DNA from: Octopus sinensis
Lineage: Eukaryota
Direction of reading: 5' to 3'
Assembly: GCF_006345805.1 (NCBI RefSeq)
Contig: NC_042998.1
Location: forward strand, 117,800,001-117,864,000
Length of the DNA: 64,000 nucleotides
The notes beneath the pieces were generated by a model. The model worked only from the letters and a program-made list of their open reading frames with translations. It searched no databases and was not told the DNA's origin. Below are positions 13,565-27,258 of this stretch, one piece after another. A program made the translations under genes and the position numbers. Within the stretch, counting starts at the first letter, position 1. Every line of letters begins with the position of its first letter.

Positions 13565-13945
13565 CATTAATATATATATATATATATTATAAGTATATAT
13601 TATATATATACATATAATATATACATATATATATATGTATATATATTTACCTATATCATATCTATATATACATAATATACATATTTATATGTACATACAT
13701 ATATCTATATACATAATATTATATATATATATACATTATATATGTATAATATTTACATATATATATACATATATATATATATGTATATATATTTACATAT
13801 ATATATACATATATATATATACATACATATATATATATATCTATATATATATATATATATATATATGTACATACATAATATACATACACACACACAACAC
13901 ACACACACCCATTATATATATATATATATATAATATATATATTAT
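13355..13945. repeat. Imperfect (TA)n/(CA)n array
   Basis: Direct reading. Confidence 0.95.
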
Positions 13946-14844
13946 ATATACAATTTCAATTGCTGTACGTGGGTATAAAGTATGGTCGAGTCCGTATAAC
14001 ATCATTATTATGCACAAATAATACTAAACACATGTAAATATTTTGTTCCTCAAAAGATTTTTTTTAATATTATTTCATCGAGAGAATCATTTATAAAGCT
14101 ACCCTTGAATTAAAATTTCAAACACAATTAATTAGTTATTTTTTCAGACAGTTCTAAACGATTAATCACTTCATGAAAGTTTCATTAGCATAAGAATGTT
14201 GATTGATTGACTCATTAGCATTGCAAATAATGATATCAGGACATTTTAACATTGGCATGACAACGAATTCAATGCTTGAATTCCCTTAGGTCTTTAGAAT
14301 ACACTGGTGAGGTTATTATATGTGAATTACGCACTTTACGATGTGACTTCATCGATACAATTTCGTAGATTTAAATTAACAGTAAATTAACTATATTTAA
14401 TAAGTGACGGTGTCTTAAAAGTTCATATCACTTCATCGAAACCGACTATTTTCAACTAATTTATAATTAATAATGAGTGAAGTCCGCTAAACCGTTAATG
14501 CATACTTAAATGGTCTGGCTACATTTCAATTCACGTTCTTATCTTATCTAAGTATACTTTAAACGATATTTTCGTTATGTTTCATACGTGTGTATCTGTT
14601 TGTGTGTGCATGTGTATGTACGCTTGTGTTTGCTTATATATACAAATATATGCACATGTATATATGCATACATGCAGATATATATGCATATATAGATAGA
14701 TAGATAGATAGATACATACATACATACATACATACATACATACTACATACATACATACATACATACATACATACATCATACATACATACATACATAGAAA
14801 ACAAAGTTATATATTCTTCACTGGTAGAAATATACGAAAGACAA

Positions 14845-15867
14845 AAGTTCAAAATGCACTGAGAATAGTTTGAATATTTTTGTATTAATATACTTATTTC
14901 CAAAACGTTCAAATTGAAAGACGTAGCTTATGTCGCATCTGAATTGCTTCTGACAAGAGTTTGAAGCTTGCCCTATTTCTATAGGGAGTTCATGGCTCAA
15001 ATTATTATGTTATGAATAGGATTTGATTGGTAGATGATAGTCACCTGACTACTCTTAAATTTTTAAGGCTCCCCTCTACGTCTGTGTGTTAGTATCAAGT
15101 GACAATGTTTGGCGACAGACGTTAAAGCTGACATGGTTGACTGAACATATTCAAACAATTAACGCTCTGAATGCTTTTTGTCAAGTGTTTGTAGAGAATG
15201 AACACATGATTAAGTTTAAAACATTTTGTACGTTTCCCGCTACGTTCGTGCGTTAGTGTCCCGTGACAGTATGTTTTGCGCCTAAAAACAGGGCCGACAC
15301 GGTTGAGTGAGCATGTTTAGTTGTAATCAAGACATTCCAAATTTAATCTGTCTTGTGGGTGAGTGGACAGGAGTCGTTCATATGTATTCCTATGGTTAAA
15401 GTTTAGGTTGTTATGCTGAGACGTGAAACTAACACACTAATGCATTGGTAAACGTACAAAACGTTGTAAACTTAATCATGTGTTCATTCTCTACAAACAC
15501 TTGACAGGAAACATTTAGAGTATTGATCGTTTGGACAGGTTCAGTCAACCATGTCAGCCTTAGCTTACAATGCCAAACATTGTCACTTGATACTAACACA
15601 CGGACGTAGCGGGGAACCTATAAGATTTTTAAAGGTGTTATGTGGCTATCCTCTACCAATCAAATCATATTCAAAACTAATTTCAGCCATGAACTCCATG
15701 TCATAATAGGGCAAACATCAAACACTAGTCACAAGGAAGACAGAAGCGATATAAAACCACGTCTTTCTATCTGAACATTTTGAAAATCAGTGGAAACTGT
15801 GAAACCGGTTAAATCTTTAAATATATTGATAAAAATTATGTTACTTATTCTCAGTACATTTTAACTT
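14845..15867. mobile_element. ~1 kb foldback/MITE-like element with ~400 bp inverted arms
   Basis: 14845-15235 aligns with the reverse complement of 15450-15867. Identical blocks include GTGTGTTAGTATCAAGTGACAATGTTTGGC, GCTGACATGGTTGACTGAAC and TGTCAAGTGTTTGTAGAGAATGAACACATGATTAAGTTTA. Confidence 0.9.
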
Positions 15868-15871
15868 CTAT

Positions 15872-15902
<31 letters not shown>

Positions 15903-15910
15903 ATATATAT

Positions 15911-16192
15911 ATCACGTGATCACGTGACCGACCAGGCTATCAGATGTTGTTACACATCGCTGGTCACAATGCGTTTCGCATTGTTTTAGCCTTCAAATGA
16001 CGCCACCCAGCTGGCTAAGCGAGCAGGCCAACAGAAGAAAGAGTGAGGGAAAGCTGTCGCGAAAGAGTACAGTAGGGAACGCCATCACCCTCTGCCGGAG
16101 CCTCGTGGAGCTTTAGGTGTTTTGGCTTACAACGCCCTGTCTGGGAATCGAAACCGCGAGTCCGCTGCCCTACCCACTGGGCCATTGCGCCT

Positions 16193-16194
<2 letters not shown>
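15911..16194 (-). mobile_element. tRNA-derived SINE (second family)
   Basis: Minus strand begins GGAGGCGCAATGGCCCAGTGGGTAGGGCAGCGGACTCGCGGTTTCGATTCCC, with an A-box TGGCCCAGTGG and a B-box GGTTTCGATTCCC. Confidence 0.85.
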
Positions 16195-16224
<30 letters not shown>

Positions 16225-16226
<2 letters not shown>

Positions 16227-16384
16227 GCTGTGTGGTAAGTAGCTTGCTTACGAACCACATGGTTCTGGATTCAGTACCAATGCGTGGCACCTTGGGCAAG
16301 TGTCTTCTCCTATAGCTCGGGCCGACCAAAGCCTTGTGAGTGGATTTGGTAGACGGAAACTGAAAGAAGCCCGACTTATATATG

Positions 16385-16419
<35 letters not shown>

Positions 16420-16652
16420 ATGTGTGTGTGTGTGTGTGTGCTTATGCGTCTGTGTTTGTCCCCCCAACATCACTTGACAACCGATGCTGGCGTGTTTACG
16501 TCACCGCAACATAGCGATTCGGCAAAAGAGACCGATTAAATAAATACTAGGCATACAAAGAATAAGTCCTGGTGTCGATTCGCTCGACTAAAGGCGATGC
16601 TCCAGCATGGCCGCAGTCAAATAACTGAAACAAGTAAAAGAGTGAAAAGACA

Positions 16653-16655
<3 letters not shown>
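16225..16655 (+). mobile_element. tRNA-derived SINE (octopus OR/CORE-like family) with internal (TA)(TG)n
   Basis: Head GGCTGTGTGGTAAGTAGCTTGCTTAC..GGATTCAGTACC, a CCTTGGGCAAG motif and tail GAAACAAGTAAAAGAGT; colinear with 36171-36586. The family name is from recall and was not searched. Confidence 0.88.
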
Positions 16656-16705
<50 letters not shown>

Positions 16706-16714
<9 letters not shown>

Positions 16715-16860
16715 ATATGTTACAATTACTCAATAGTCAAGATAAAACTCTGTGTTTCAGATGCCGCAGTGGAAATCACACACCCATCTCTTCGGTTATC
16801 TGGCCATCTCTGAAACCCAGAGTTTTATCTTGACTATGGGTAATTGTAACATATTTTATA
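16706..16860. mobile_element. ~155 bp hairpin MITE-like element
   Basis: AATATGTTACAATTACTCAATAGTCAAGATAAAACTCTGTGTTTCAGA pairs with TCTGAAACCCAGAGTTTTATCTTGACTATGGGTAATTGTAACATATT around a ~40 bp spacer; embedded in (TA)n. Confidence 0.8.
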
Positions 16861-16935
16861 GATACATTTCCTCCATTTACATAATATTGAGGTCTCTTTC
16901 TTTCTTTTGTTATTTACCGTTTTTTCCAATCTATA

Positions 16936-17003
<68 letters not shown>

Positions 17004-19145
17004 ATATATATAAGTATATATATATATATTATATATATATATATAGATATAATTATATAAATATATATTATAATATATATATATATATATTATATATATA
17101 TATACGAAACAAGTTTAAAATATGGTTATTACATAGGTTTTCTTTGTGGATCAAGTTGGCTTACAGCTGCTTCCAGGAGTCATTAAAAGTACATTACTGA
17201 ATTACTGATAAGTTTACTCAATTGGTCTATTGACAACCTGAGGAAAAAATTCAATAACCTAAGAAAATTAATGCTACTTACATCATGGCTACTTATAACA
17301 AGCAGAGCACTGAAGGAATGGCTATTGTATGGGGAAGGGGAAGATAAGGTAGAAAGATGCAAGTAGTATAGAGAACACAGAATTTCATGTTGCAAAGGTG
17401 TGGAAGTTGGTAAGAGCGTGTTATAAGCAAGCACTCTATTGCAAAACTTTAGAATGACAACAGTCATGAAACATTATGTTTTATTCAGGTCAACGCACAT
17501 TAATATATTAGCATTGTATTTTGGTTAAATATTCTCAAACTATTGTGTTGAATATTGATATGGGCTTTTTATGGAAATGACCTATGTTAAAAATGGATCT
17601 CTCAAACAAGGATGTATAGTGGTCATCCCATAGTGAGTAGCTCGAAGTTTGAGTGGAGTAGTTTTATGTCTAAAAACAAGCGCTGGCTTAACCCTGCAAA
17701 GGAAACAAAACGGAAATTCCCGCCACATCTATCGACATTGTTTCTGCCTAGGGCTATAATATAAACATCATATCACAGACATTGCGTAGTATGATTGTCT
17801 GATTGAATACATATTCCTCCCAGAAATAGCGATCAAATATCACTAAAAACTTAGATTATATCTGAAGCAAAAAATTACTTTATGCTATGTAGTCGTGGAT
17901 AAGTGAAAGAAATACACTAATTATGCCCTAAATAGTTTGACCATAGAGAAGTGGGGCAATGCTTTTATAATTTAATAACTTGATATTTAAAATTATTGCG
18001 GAAAATATTAATCGTAGTAAAAATGAGACACAGACCAAATTCCCATGCTATTCTCTGGTTTGCTGCATCTGAAGAGAAATGTACACGTTCTCAGAAAGCG
18101 TATGGGACATCAATAATACAATTCATTTTATCAGTTTAATATATCTAATTAGTGACTTTAGTTCATTTCAATTTGCATCCACTAAATAAAATATTAGGAA
18201 CGGCAGTTTATTATACACTTACAATAAATGTAATCTACTGAAAATTACTTGAGTATTGTGTAGTCAATATTCACAATCTTGTCACTGCTGAATATTATTT
18301 ATGCGCTTTTACCTCTCCCCTATCCTTGTGTATAGCATATAGCACTCGCGTAAAGACGCCTGCGCACGCCCACTCACACTAACCAATACACGCATATATA
18401 TTGTAGAAAATGCCACGCGTAATGCTAGGTGTGACAAATTATAATAACTCATTTCATGCTAATGAAACAGGAAATGAAACGCATTTCATATTTGGATATT
18501 ATGCCCGTTCTTCCGAGACACAAGACGAATGAAATCAAAAACATTGAAAGGAAAGAGAAGAAATACATTTTTTTGGTTTACACCAAACGATGTTTGAAGA
18601 GAACGGAAATAAGGTAGAAAAGCCATGCCTTATGCACATGAGCGACAGGTGCAATACCATTAAGCACTTTCTTTATGTTTTTGTGCAAGCATGTTACATA
18701 GTAGATGTTTATGTGAGCTCTTGATTTATTTGTGGGTATGTATGTGGATGTGTGCGAGTGTGCGCATGGGTGTGTTTTAATTGTTGGTCATGGTCGTCAT
18801 GTTTTTTCTCTCTTTTTGTGCCAAAATATATGAAGAAATCGTAACCAGTGACTCGAACTTCAATACTCACCAGCCACCAGTGTTAGAAGCTTATAAACAT
18901 TAGATAAACCCTACGTCCATCTTAGGGGAGGCTGGATTTACCTAATGTGCATATGCTTCCACTACTGGCTGCTTGTCCTTGATTATACCTGCCAGCATTA
19001 TGACGTAAATCCGAGTCTCCAGAAACAGGTATCGGACAACTAACACTATACCTTATCCCATTAATTGTTTTGTGTCTCAGTACGCTGTGTATGTCTACTC
19101 TGTAATTTGTATATAAATATGTATACAACATATATATATATATAA

Positions 19146-19226
<81 letters not shown>

Positions 19227-22200
19227 TGCACGTTAACGCTCATCGTCTGAATAAATATTTTCAGTCTTTGTTCTCTCTCTATTTACATGTATATATGTAG
19301 GTATATTCTATATGTCTAGCCCAAACGATTTTACTTGTTTATTTACATCATTGTCCATCAATCTCTCTCTCTCTCTCTCTCTCTCTTTCACTTTCTCTTC
19401 ATTTATATGCATATGGCGGGATTCTTCTTTCACTTTCCGTCCGCCAAATTCACTTGCAAAAATTTTTCGGCACCGAGTTATAGTAGAAGTAAACTCCTTT
19501 ACCATACACACACACACATATATGTGAATATGCGTTTATGCGTAATATACCTGGATTATAGTAGGTGTGTTATTATAGTAGGTGTTTTACTCCATTTTGA
19601 CCCTAATACAGCTGACCTATGTTTACAATAAAAAGACCGACATTTACTATGCAAACTAAAGATCTGTAGCACCGGACTTGAAATGATTTTGTTGTACTTC
19701 ATGCATCTATAAAATGTTTGCCAGTTTGTAAGTATGTGAGTAAGTATATGTGCGTGTTAATATGCATTTCTGTTTTTTTTTTTTCGATAAATATCAAAGA
19801 AACACCAAAGAATCGTATGTCATATAACTACTCCTATAACTACTTAACTGGTGTTCTTCTAAGCAGCTAACCACAAGCTGTTAGATTCTTCCATTTAATT
19901 GAACTACGCACAATTATCTCAATGAAATGTCGCAGTAAGTATATTTATGGATTTTAATCTACCTCATCTATCTATACATTCATGTCATATATATATTAAC
20001 TCGAAAGGAAACACCCGGTGCAATTACGGAATTATAGATATACTGCTACAATATTATTCATGGTATTATGTTATTCATACATCTGTTACTCATAAATTAA
20101 TTTAAGATTTGAGAATATGAGAAATCAGTAACAGGAACCACAGAAAGTTGTATGCTCGACACGTAGAGTGAGACAGATAAGCAAAAACAGAGCACCTGCA
20201 GGTTGCATTAAGGAATATTCACTTCGAAATTTATGCTGTCGTTTTATCGTATATTTACATTCTTGAATTTCTTATTGTTTTAGACCTGCATTAACTCTGT
20301 TCTGGCATATCTATAATCCAAAACAATCCATCGGTAAATACAATTTATCTATGTATATTAACGGCTGCATATTAGGGGCTGCATTATATATGGTATCCTT
20401 AGTTTCAATCCCAAATGAGTGATTTGAAGATTTGCTATCACTGCCAATTCGAACGGAATAGCTATGTTTAATCTAGAACACACATATCTATATATAATAC
20501 AGCACGTACACGCATGCATTTCGTACCCAAACACATATATCTACACAGATACATACGCCTGTATATACATATCTAAGCATGTAGGACTGTATACTTTAGC
20601 TAGAATAGTAGATAGCTAAGCATCAATGTATAAATCTCCATTCGGCATGAATACGTTTCGCACGAGATAAGCATCAATTTACGGATAGAGTATGTAATGC
20701 AATCAGTAAACGTAAATAGTTTGACATGTACATCTTATCTCCTTATATGGTTATTGTTTGAATATCAAATTTTGTATTTCGATGTGTTATAACCATGAGT
20801 TTACTAACTTCAAATTTCATGAAATACTGTTGCATATAAAATATCCAGAGTAAAGTCTAAATACAATTTTTCTACAATTATACACATCATGCTTTATCAT
20901 ATATTAATACAATACTCGCATTAGATTTACAGATGAAGGAACAACATTTGAATTATCAATTATACTAACATCTCTACAAATTTATCTATTGTCACAAACA
21001 TCTTTACGAAGATACTATTTCAAGAGTAAGTAGTCAAGTTAACTCTTAAAATGAAAACATGATTTTGGCATTATACATCAGAATATGTACTAATCATTAT
21101 CATTTACCTGAGAAATAACTATTCACAGTCCCTGGCATTTGACAAATCCGAATATAGGAAAATATTTCCATTACGTGTTGAAATTATATCTCTATTTCTT
21201 TGTCAATTGCACCAAAGCTAATAACCACACCAGCATACAGAGATACTTAATATTTTGAAAGTGCTGAATTTCTGATATTAGATCAGGGATTATATTATAC
21301 GCATATATATGTATATTTGGGGGCGGGGTAAAAGCTGATATCGGACAGTAAAACAAGAAAACAAGTGTTCAACATCGTATTGGTGAATAAATATATATAT
21401 TTTTTCATATGAGGGTTAACATGGCTGCCAGTATTTGTATGTAGAGGGACATCTTATACACAGATCATGGGAGATAACATACAGAGAAGTCTCACTGGCT
21501 GTCTCGTTTGCATCTTCAAGATTTAATTATAAGTTACCTACCATAGTCTGTATATTTATTCCGAAATGTCGTTTTGTCTCGTTATGTCTGGTGCTTGAGC
21601 TATTACGAAAAGGGTCATTCAGTTGCGTGCGGTACTTATCATATATGCAGTGTTTTTCGTATCTTGATACAGACATTTCAACACTTCTATCGTCAGAAAT
21701 TTAGTTAATTTCTTGTACATTGAAAGAAAATTTACTTTCAAAGAACAAAACCTGTTTTGTAACAATATTGTTCTACACTTCATATTCTACATTTCATATT
21801 TCCGTTCATACGTCAACGTTGTTGATTCAGCTATCCCATTGATCAAGCAATCACACAAGTTTCTACTCTGAGATATATAAGGCAAAACTGATATAAATAT
21901 CTCCTAGAAAAGGACTGATAGTTTGTCCCTGCTTCATTTCTTAGGACCAATGGAGTAAAACACCTTCTGACCTTTCTAGATGTATATTTCTCTGTTAAAG
22001 GGCGGTTCTGCAAAGGTGAACTATATTTTCGGTCCCAAAATAAAACAAAAAAATAAATAAATAAATCTTAAATCTACACTCTCAGAAATGTAGATTTGTG
22101 TTCCCTAGTTTGGAAATGCAGTGTCAATCCAATAGTATATGAAGGTCAATTTACCACCAGGGCACACGAGAAAATGGCCCATAAAGAAAAGCACATTGTT

Positions 22201-22601
22201 ATGTGTGAAAGTTACTTCAAGTAAAGATTTTATAATCATGAGCTACCATTTAATCACACTAACAGAATAAATACCATAGAATTAGTAAGCCACATATGAA
22301 AGCTCGCTAAAGGTTTCGGCGTGAAATCAAATGTACTCGATGGATTTTAGAGTACAGAGAATGCCCATCTTGTTGTTGTCTTAGAATCACAAGAGGTATG
22401 TAACTTATTATATTGAAATGTACAGTAGATGTAACGAGAAAAGCAACGGGAAGATGCCTTCTATGCCAGGCTGCCAGTACTCAGATTTCGCACTAAATTT
22501 GTACATCCATCACACATTTATCCCATCATTGATATACCTCAAAATTCTTCATAATGTTGTGCATACTTAAATAAAATAGTCAGATAAATATTTTGCCCTA
22601 G

Positions 22602-22682
22602 ACGTTTCGTGCAACTGGCTGGCGCGTTAAGGACAATCCTGAAGATAAGCAGGGAAATCTTGAACATTTGCAGAAAATGGAA
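22602..22682 (+). other. Candidate 81 nt internal exon (unverified)
   Basis: TTTTGCCCTAG|...|GTAAGC. It is GC-richer than the flanks and two frames are open (TFRATGWRVKDNPEDKQGNLEHLQKME or RFVQLAGALRTILKISREILNICRKW). No homology recognised. Confidence 0.3.
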
Positions 22683-22823
22683 GTAAGCTAAAACACATAT
22701 TTTTCTCCTGGCATGAAAAGGAAATAGTTTATCAGAAATCAAGTTGCTACAAATGAACGGTCCATAGTCCAACATGTGTATTGTGTGTGTACGCGTGTGT
22801 AGGTATACATGTGTGCGTGTGTA

Positions 22824-22862
<39 letters not shown>

Positions 22863-22885
22863 TATATATATAGATAGATAGATAT

Positions 22886-22924
<39 letters not shown>

Positions 22925-23095
22925 CATACATACATACATACATACATACATACATACATACTACATACATACATACATACATACATTACGCTCGAAACGT
23001 AAAATACTTTTTCCATTCCTGAGCGTTATACTAATACATCTGTTTCTTTTGTATACCACCTGTCTACGTCTTTTGCTGTTTATTTCGTAAACTCT

Positions 23096-23157
<62 letters not shown>

Positions 23158-24189
23158 TATACATACATATATAATGTTGTCAGCTGGGCCTAATACACAC
23201 TGTGCCTTTATGTGGCTAAAACACATATATTGCTAGAAATAAGTGTAAAACCACTTATAGTTGCGTAATGGCACATTTAAATATACTGAAAGGGTAGACA
23301 ACTAATCCACGAACGGAGCAAAACTAGAACACTGGACTACACAGTTTCTTCCTAACAGGAATTGTCAACAGTGTGCCTCTATTGCTTACCTAGAGGAGCG
23401 AAATTTTCGTATGTATGTATTTATATATCTATCTATGTAAATATACAAAAAATATATATATATATATGTATATGTGTGTGTATGTAAATATATGTGTGGG
23501 TGTGAGTGAGTGTGTATAATTATATAGGAATATGTAAATTTAAATGTAAATTTGAATGTCATATTAGACGTCAATGTGTGTCGATATACATCGGAAAACC
23601 ACTACACGGAAAAATAGCGTATCAGCCCATATATTATTTTACATGTACCTGTTTTAACATGATCACAAAAACGTGCCACTAAAACGAGCTTCATTAAACG
23701 ACGGTATCTCTGGCCGAGTTTTGCAATTTTGATCGCTTCTTACACTCTATATCCTCACTTCATCAAAATATATACCTATATATGTATATATATATATATA
23801 TCATATCATATCCTATCACATATGTATATGTAAATATATATGTGTGCATGTGTGTGTCTGTATGAGAGAGAAGGGGGTAGAGATGATATTGGAACATGGA
23901 TAATATGCAACAATTAATATGCTATGCATACCCGTAGTAAGGAAACTGACTCTTGGTAGACCTACAAGTGACAGTCCTAAATGCATGTACAATCAATAAA
24001 AATATACTTATATATGTACATGCAGATATATGTATGTGTGTGTGTTTCTGTACATACACTAAATATAAACACACACACACATATATATGTATATACGTGT
24101 ATATATATATATATACATATACATACATACTCACATTTAGATACATACATACATACATACATACATACATACATACATACATACATACA

Positions 24190-24221
<32 letters not shown>

Positions 24222-24994
24222 CATGCATATTCACATATATGCGCAATTGTTTGTCGGGTGAGAAAGAAAAAGGAAGAACGTAGAGGAAAATTAAACTACA
24301 ATATAGGACAAGTATATGTCTGGAGGACAGTAAAAATATCATATGAAAGGTTTTAAATGTAATTCATAAATAACATTTACAATTCTCTCTGAAACATTTA
24401 CAGCATTAAAATATTTCGAGACTACCCTTCATAAAATATTGCAATTTCTCCTATCTAAAATTTCCTCCGCGACTTTTCTAGCTTTGTTGCTTTATGAACA
24501 AGCTGTTCCAGACATTTGCATTATGCAAAAGTTTACGATAGATATATTTGAAGTTAACTGGCACATTTAAATAATTACTTTAAACGACATTTTAAATATC
24601 ACTCGTATATCGCATCTATAAAATATATTCTTCTCACTAAATATCTTCTTTGTTACCTTTGTAAAATATCAGCTGTGCATCAGCATATTGTATCTCAGGA
24701 TTGGATTAATCAAAATATATGTACGCAAGCTATTATACCAATTAGATTCACATTAATATTCTTGATAGCAGCTGGAGTTTTATTACAGACATTTTCAGAA
24801 CAATTGTGATTCTGACTGGCATTTAATTTTATTATGAAGTATATATTCTATCTCCCGATAAGACATTTTTTAGTCATCAAAAAGCGGAGAATTAAAATAG
24901 TTTTGATGTATTAATGTATCAATAAACATATTTCAACCTCCGGAAACTTCAAGATGTCATGCTTCGGTTTTCAGTTCAGAGATATTTAAAATTT

Positions 24995-26660
24995 ATATAT
25001 GTTGACGTTACAGAAGAGAACGTATTGTCAGCTATTGATGAGATAAATCCAAACACTTCAACTGGCTTATATGGACTCCCAGGAATTCTGTTAAAAACAT
25101 GCAAAACCACTTCAGAGTTCCCTTGAATGTAGCACATTTCCTCAAATGTTAAAAGAAGGATTAATCTACGCTATCCACAAAGGAGGAAGCAGAGCAGATG
25201 CAATAAACTACAGGCTTGTCTATCTCACATTATTCATTGTCAGGGAAAGTCTGACTACGTTCCTCAAGGAAAATGACTTGCTTACAGACAATCAACATTG
25301 TTTCCGTCCTGGAAGGAATTGCCTAACGCAACTACTATACCACTTCGACAGGTTACTAAAATAAGAGCTCAATCATTCAAATAAGGATGTAATATATCTC
25401 GACTTTACCAAGACCTTTGACAAAATCGATCATGGGATGATATGTCATAAATTGCGTGACCTCGGTATCGTTGGTAGACTGGGAGTGTGGCTGCATGATT
25501 TCCTGAAGGGCAGAAGTCAGGCTGTAACAGCAAATGGTGCTCTTTCTGAAGTGACACCAATCCTGAGCAGAGTAACCCAAAGAACAGTGCTGGGACTAAT
25601 ACTGCTTGTGGTTGATCTCTTGGACATGCCCGCAGCCATAGAGTCAGCTCCATTCACCAGCTACGCCAACCATATAAAAGTATCGTAGGTGGTCATGACT
25701 TAAGAATGATCTGAACGCAATATATAAATGGTCTGATGACAATACTATGCATTCCGCAATCAGCCCACAAACAATATACAGCTGAAGTTCACAGGACCAG
25801 CAGGCAATGTAATCCCAGAGTTAGATTCGGTGCGGGTCCTGGGAATCCACATGAGTAACGACGCAACTTTTCATCTGTACAACGCTCAGATGGGAACATA
25901 ATGCAGGCCAGTGGCAGGTTAGATCCTTAGATGCTTCAGAACCAGGAACAGAGGCACAATGCTTCTGATTTGGAGAACCTTTGTCCTCAGTCGTCTGGAC
26001 TACTGCTCTCCACTATGGTCCCCACAGATTATAAAACTAATTGGAGAACTAGAAGCGATCCAACGTCACTAGACAAAAAGATGGACGCTGTAAACCATAT
26101 GGGCTACTGGGATAGCTTGAAGGAAAAGAGATTATACTCCCTGGAGAGGAAATGTGAAAGATATGCAGTGCTATACATATGGAAAATAATGGCGGGTCTA
26201 GCTCTAAATTTCGGAATCGAAATCTACAATACCGAACTGGACGGCATTTCACCTTACCAAAGGTCCCATCTTCTCCATCGAGGATACGAACCCCAATATT
26301 CTTTTCTACTCTAAGCACATGGCCCGAAATTTTGGGAGAGGAAGCCAGTCGATCGACCCCAGTTCACAATTGGTACTTAATTTATCGACTCCGAAAGGAT
26401 GAAAGGAATAAGTCGACCTCGGTGGAATTTGAACTCAGAAGGTAGACAGACGAATACTGCCAAGCATTTCGCCCAGAGTGCAAACGTTTCTGCCAACAGA
26501 AACCTAATTTTGTAATAGCTTGAGATTCAAGGGCCCCCTACACAGAATATCAGGGAATTCTTCAAAAAACGTCTAGATAGTTTTTGTTATCTGCAATACC
26601 GGATGAACCCACATCGCGGCAGGAGGCACAAACAAGAACGACAATGTCCAGCTCACTATG
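24995..26660 (+). mobile_element. Decayed CR1-group LINE RT fragment, interrupted by a SINE
   Basis: IHKGGSRADAINYRLV, NQHCFRPGRNCLTQLL, LDFTKTFDKIDHGMICHKLRDLGIVG, FTSYANHIK and EKRLYSLERKCERY; many stops and frameshifts. Confidence 0.88.
26295..26500 (-). mobile_element. SINE (third family) nested in the CR1 fragment
   Basis: Minus strand contains TTCTGAGTTCAAATTCCACCGAGGTCGAC (B-box-like) and CATCCTTTCGGAGTCGATAAATTAAGTACC. CR1 translation stops at PSSPSRIRT and resumes after the insert (FCNSLRFKGP). Confidence 0.75.
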
Positions 26661-26696
26661 TAAGATTTCCGAACATAAAAATTCCTTCTTCAGATA

Positions 26697-27258
26697 TCCC
26701 TAGGGATTGATGGAGTCACTGCTACAATCGGTTTTCCAAAAGTTTTATTTTTCTTCTCCCTTTTCGTTTTCCAGAAATGTCTCTCCTCTGGCCTCGCGAA
26801 GCCCTTTCCGGAATTACTCGTGAGAAGTGCGTGAAGACGACCGTGTCCCAGGCTCGTGTGTGCTGTCACATCCGTAACGCTACTTCTAATTAATGCATTA
26901 TACGTGTAGTTTCCTCTTCCTTTTTCCCCTTCTTTCTACCTCTCTTGCCCTTTCTTCCTTCTTCTTTTCCCTTTCTCCTTCTCAACACGAGAGACTCCTC
27001 CTATAAAAATGCAATGAGGCCGATGAAAAAAATTTGGGTAACTTGAGAATTAAGGAAGCTATTCTCAACAACAGACTGAAAATTGGCGGTTAATTTATTC
27101 TCTAGCTACGTCTGGTTGCATGACATGATCATATATTATATGTGTATTATATTTTTTTAAACGGGAAGAAGAAAGAAAAAAGAAAAAACGAAAAGGGAAA
27201 AGAAAAGAAAAACCGTTGGAAAACCGATTGTAGCAGTGACTCGATCAATCCCTAGGGA
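26697..27258. mobile_element. 562 bp MITE, Tc1/mariner-type (TA target duplication)
   Basis: TA|TCCCTAGGGATTGAT..TTTTCCAA matches the reverse complement of the right end at 42/43 and less perfectly to ~75 bp; TA flanks both ends. Confidence 0.92.

Noticed and set aside
21945-22040. LTFLDVYFSVKG resembling the Penelope RT FLDV motif
   Set aside because: A single short motif with no flanking RT motifs.
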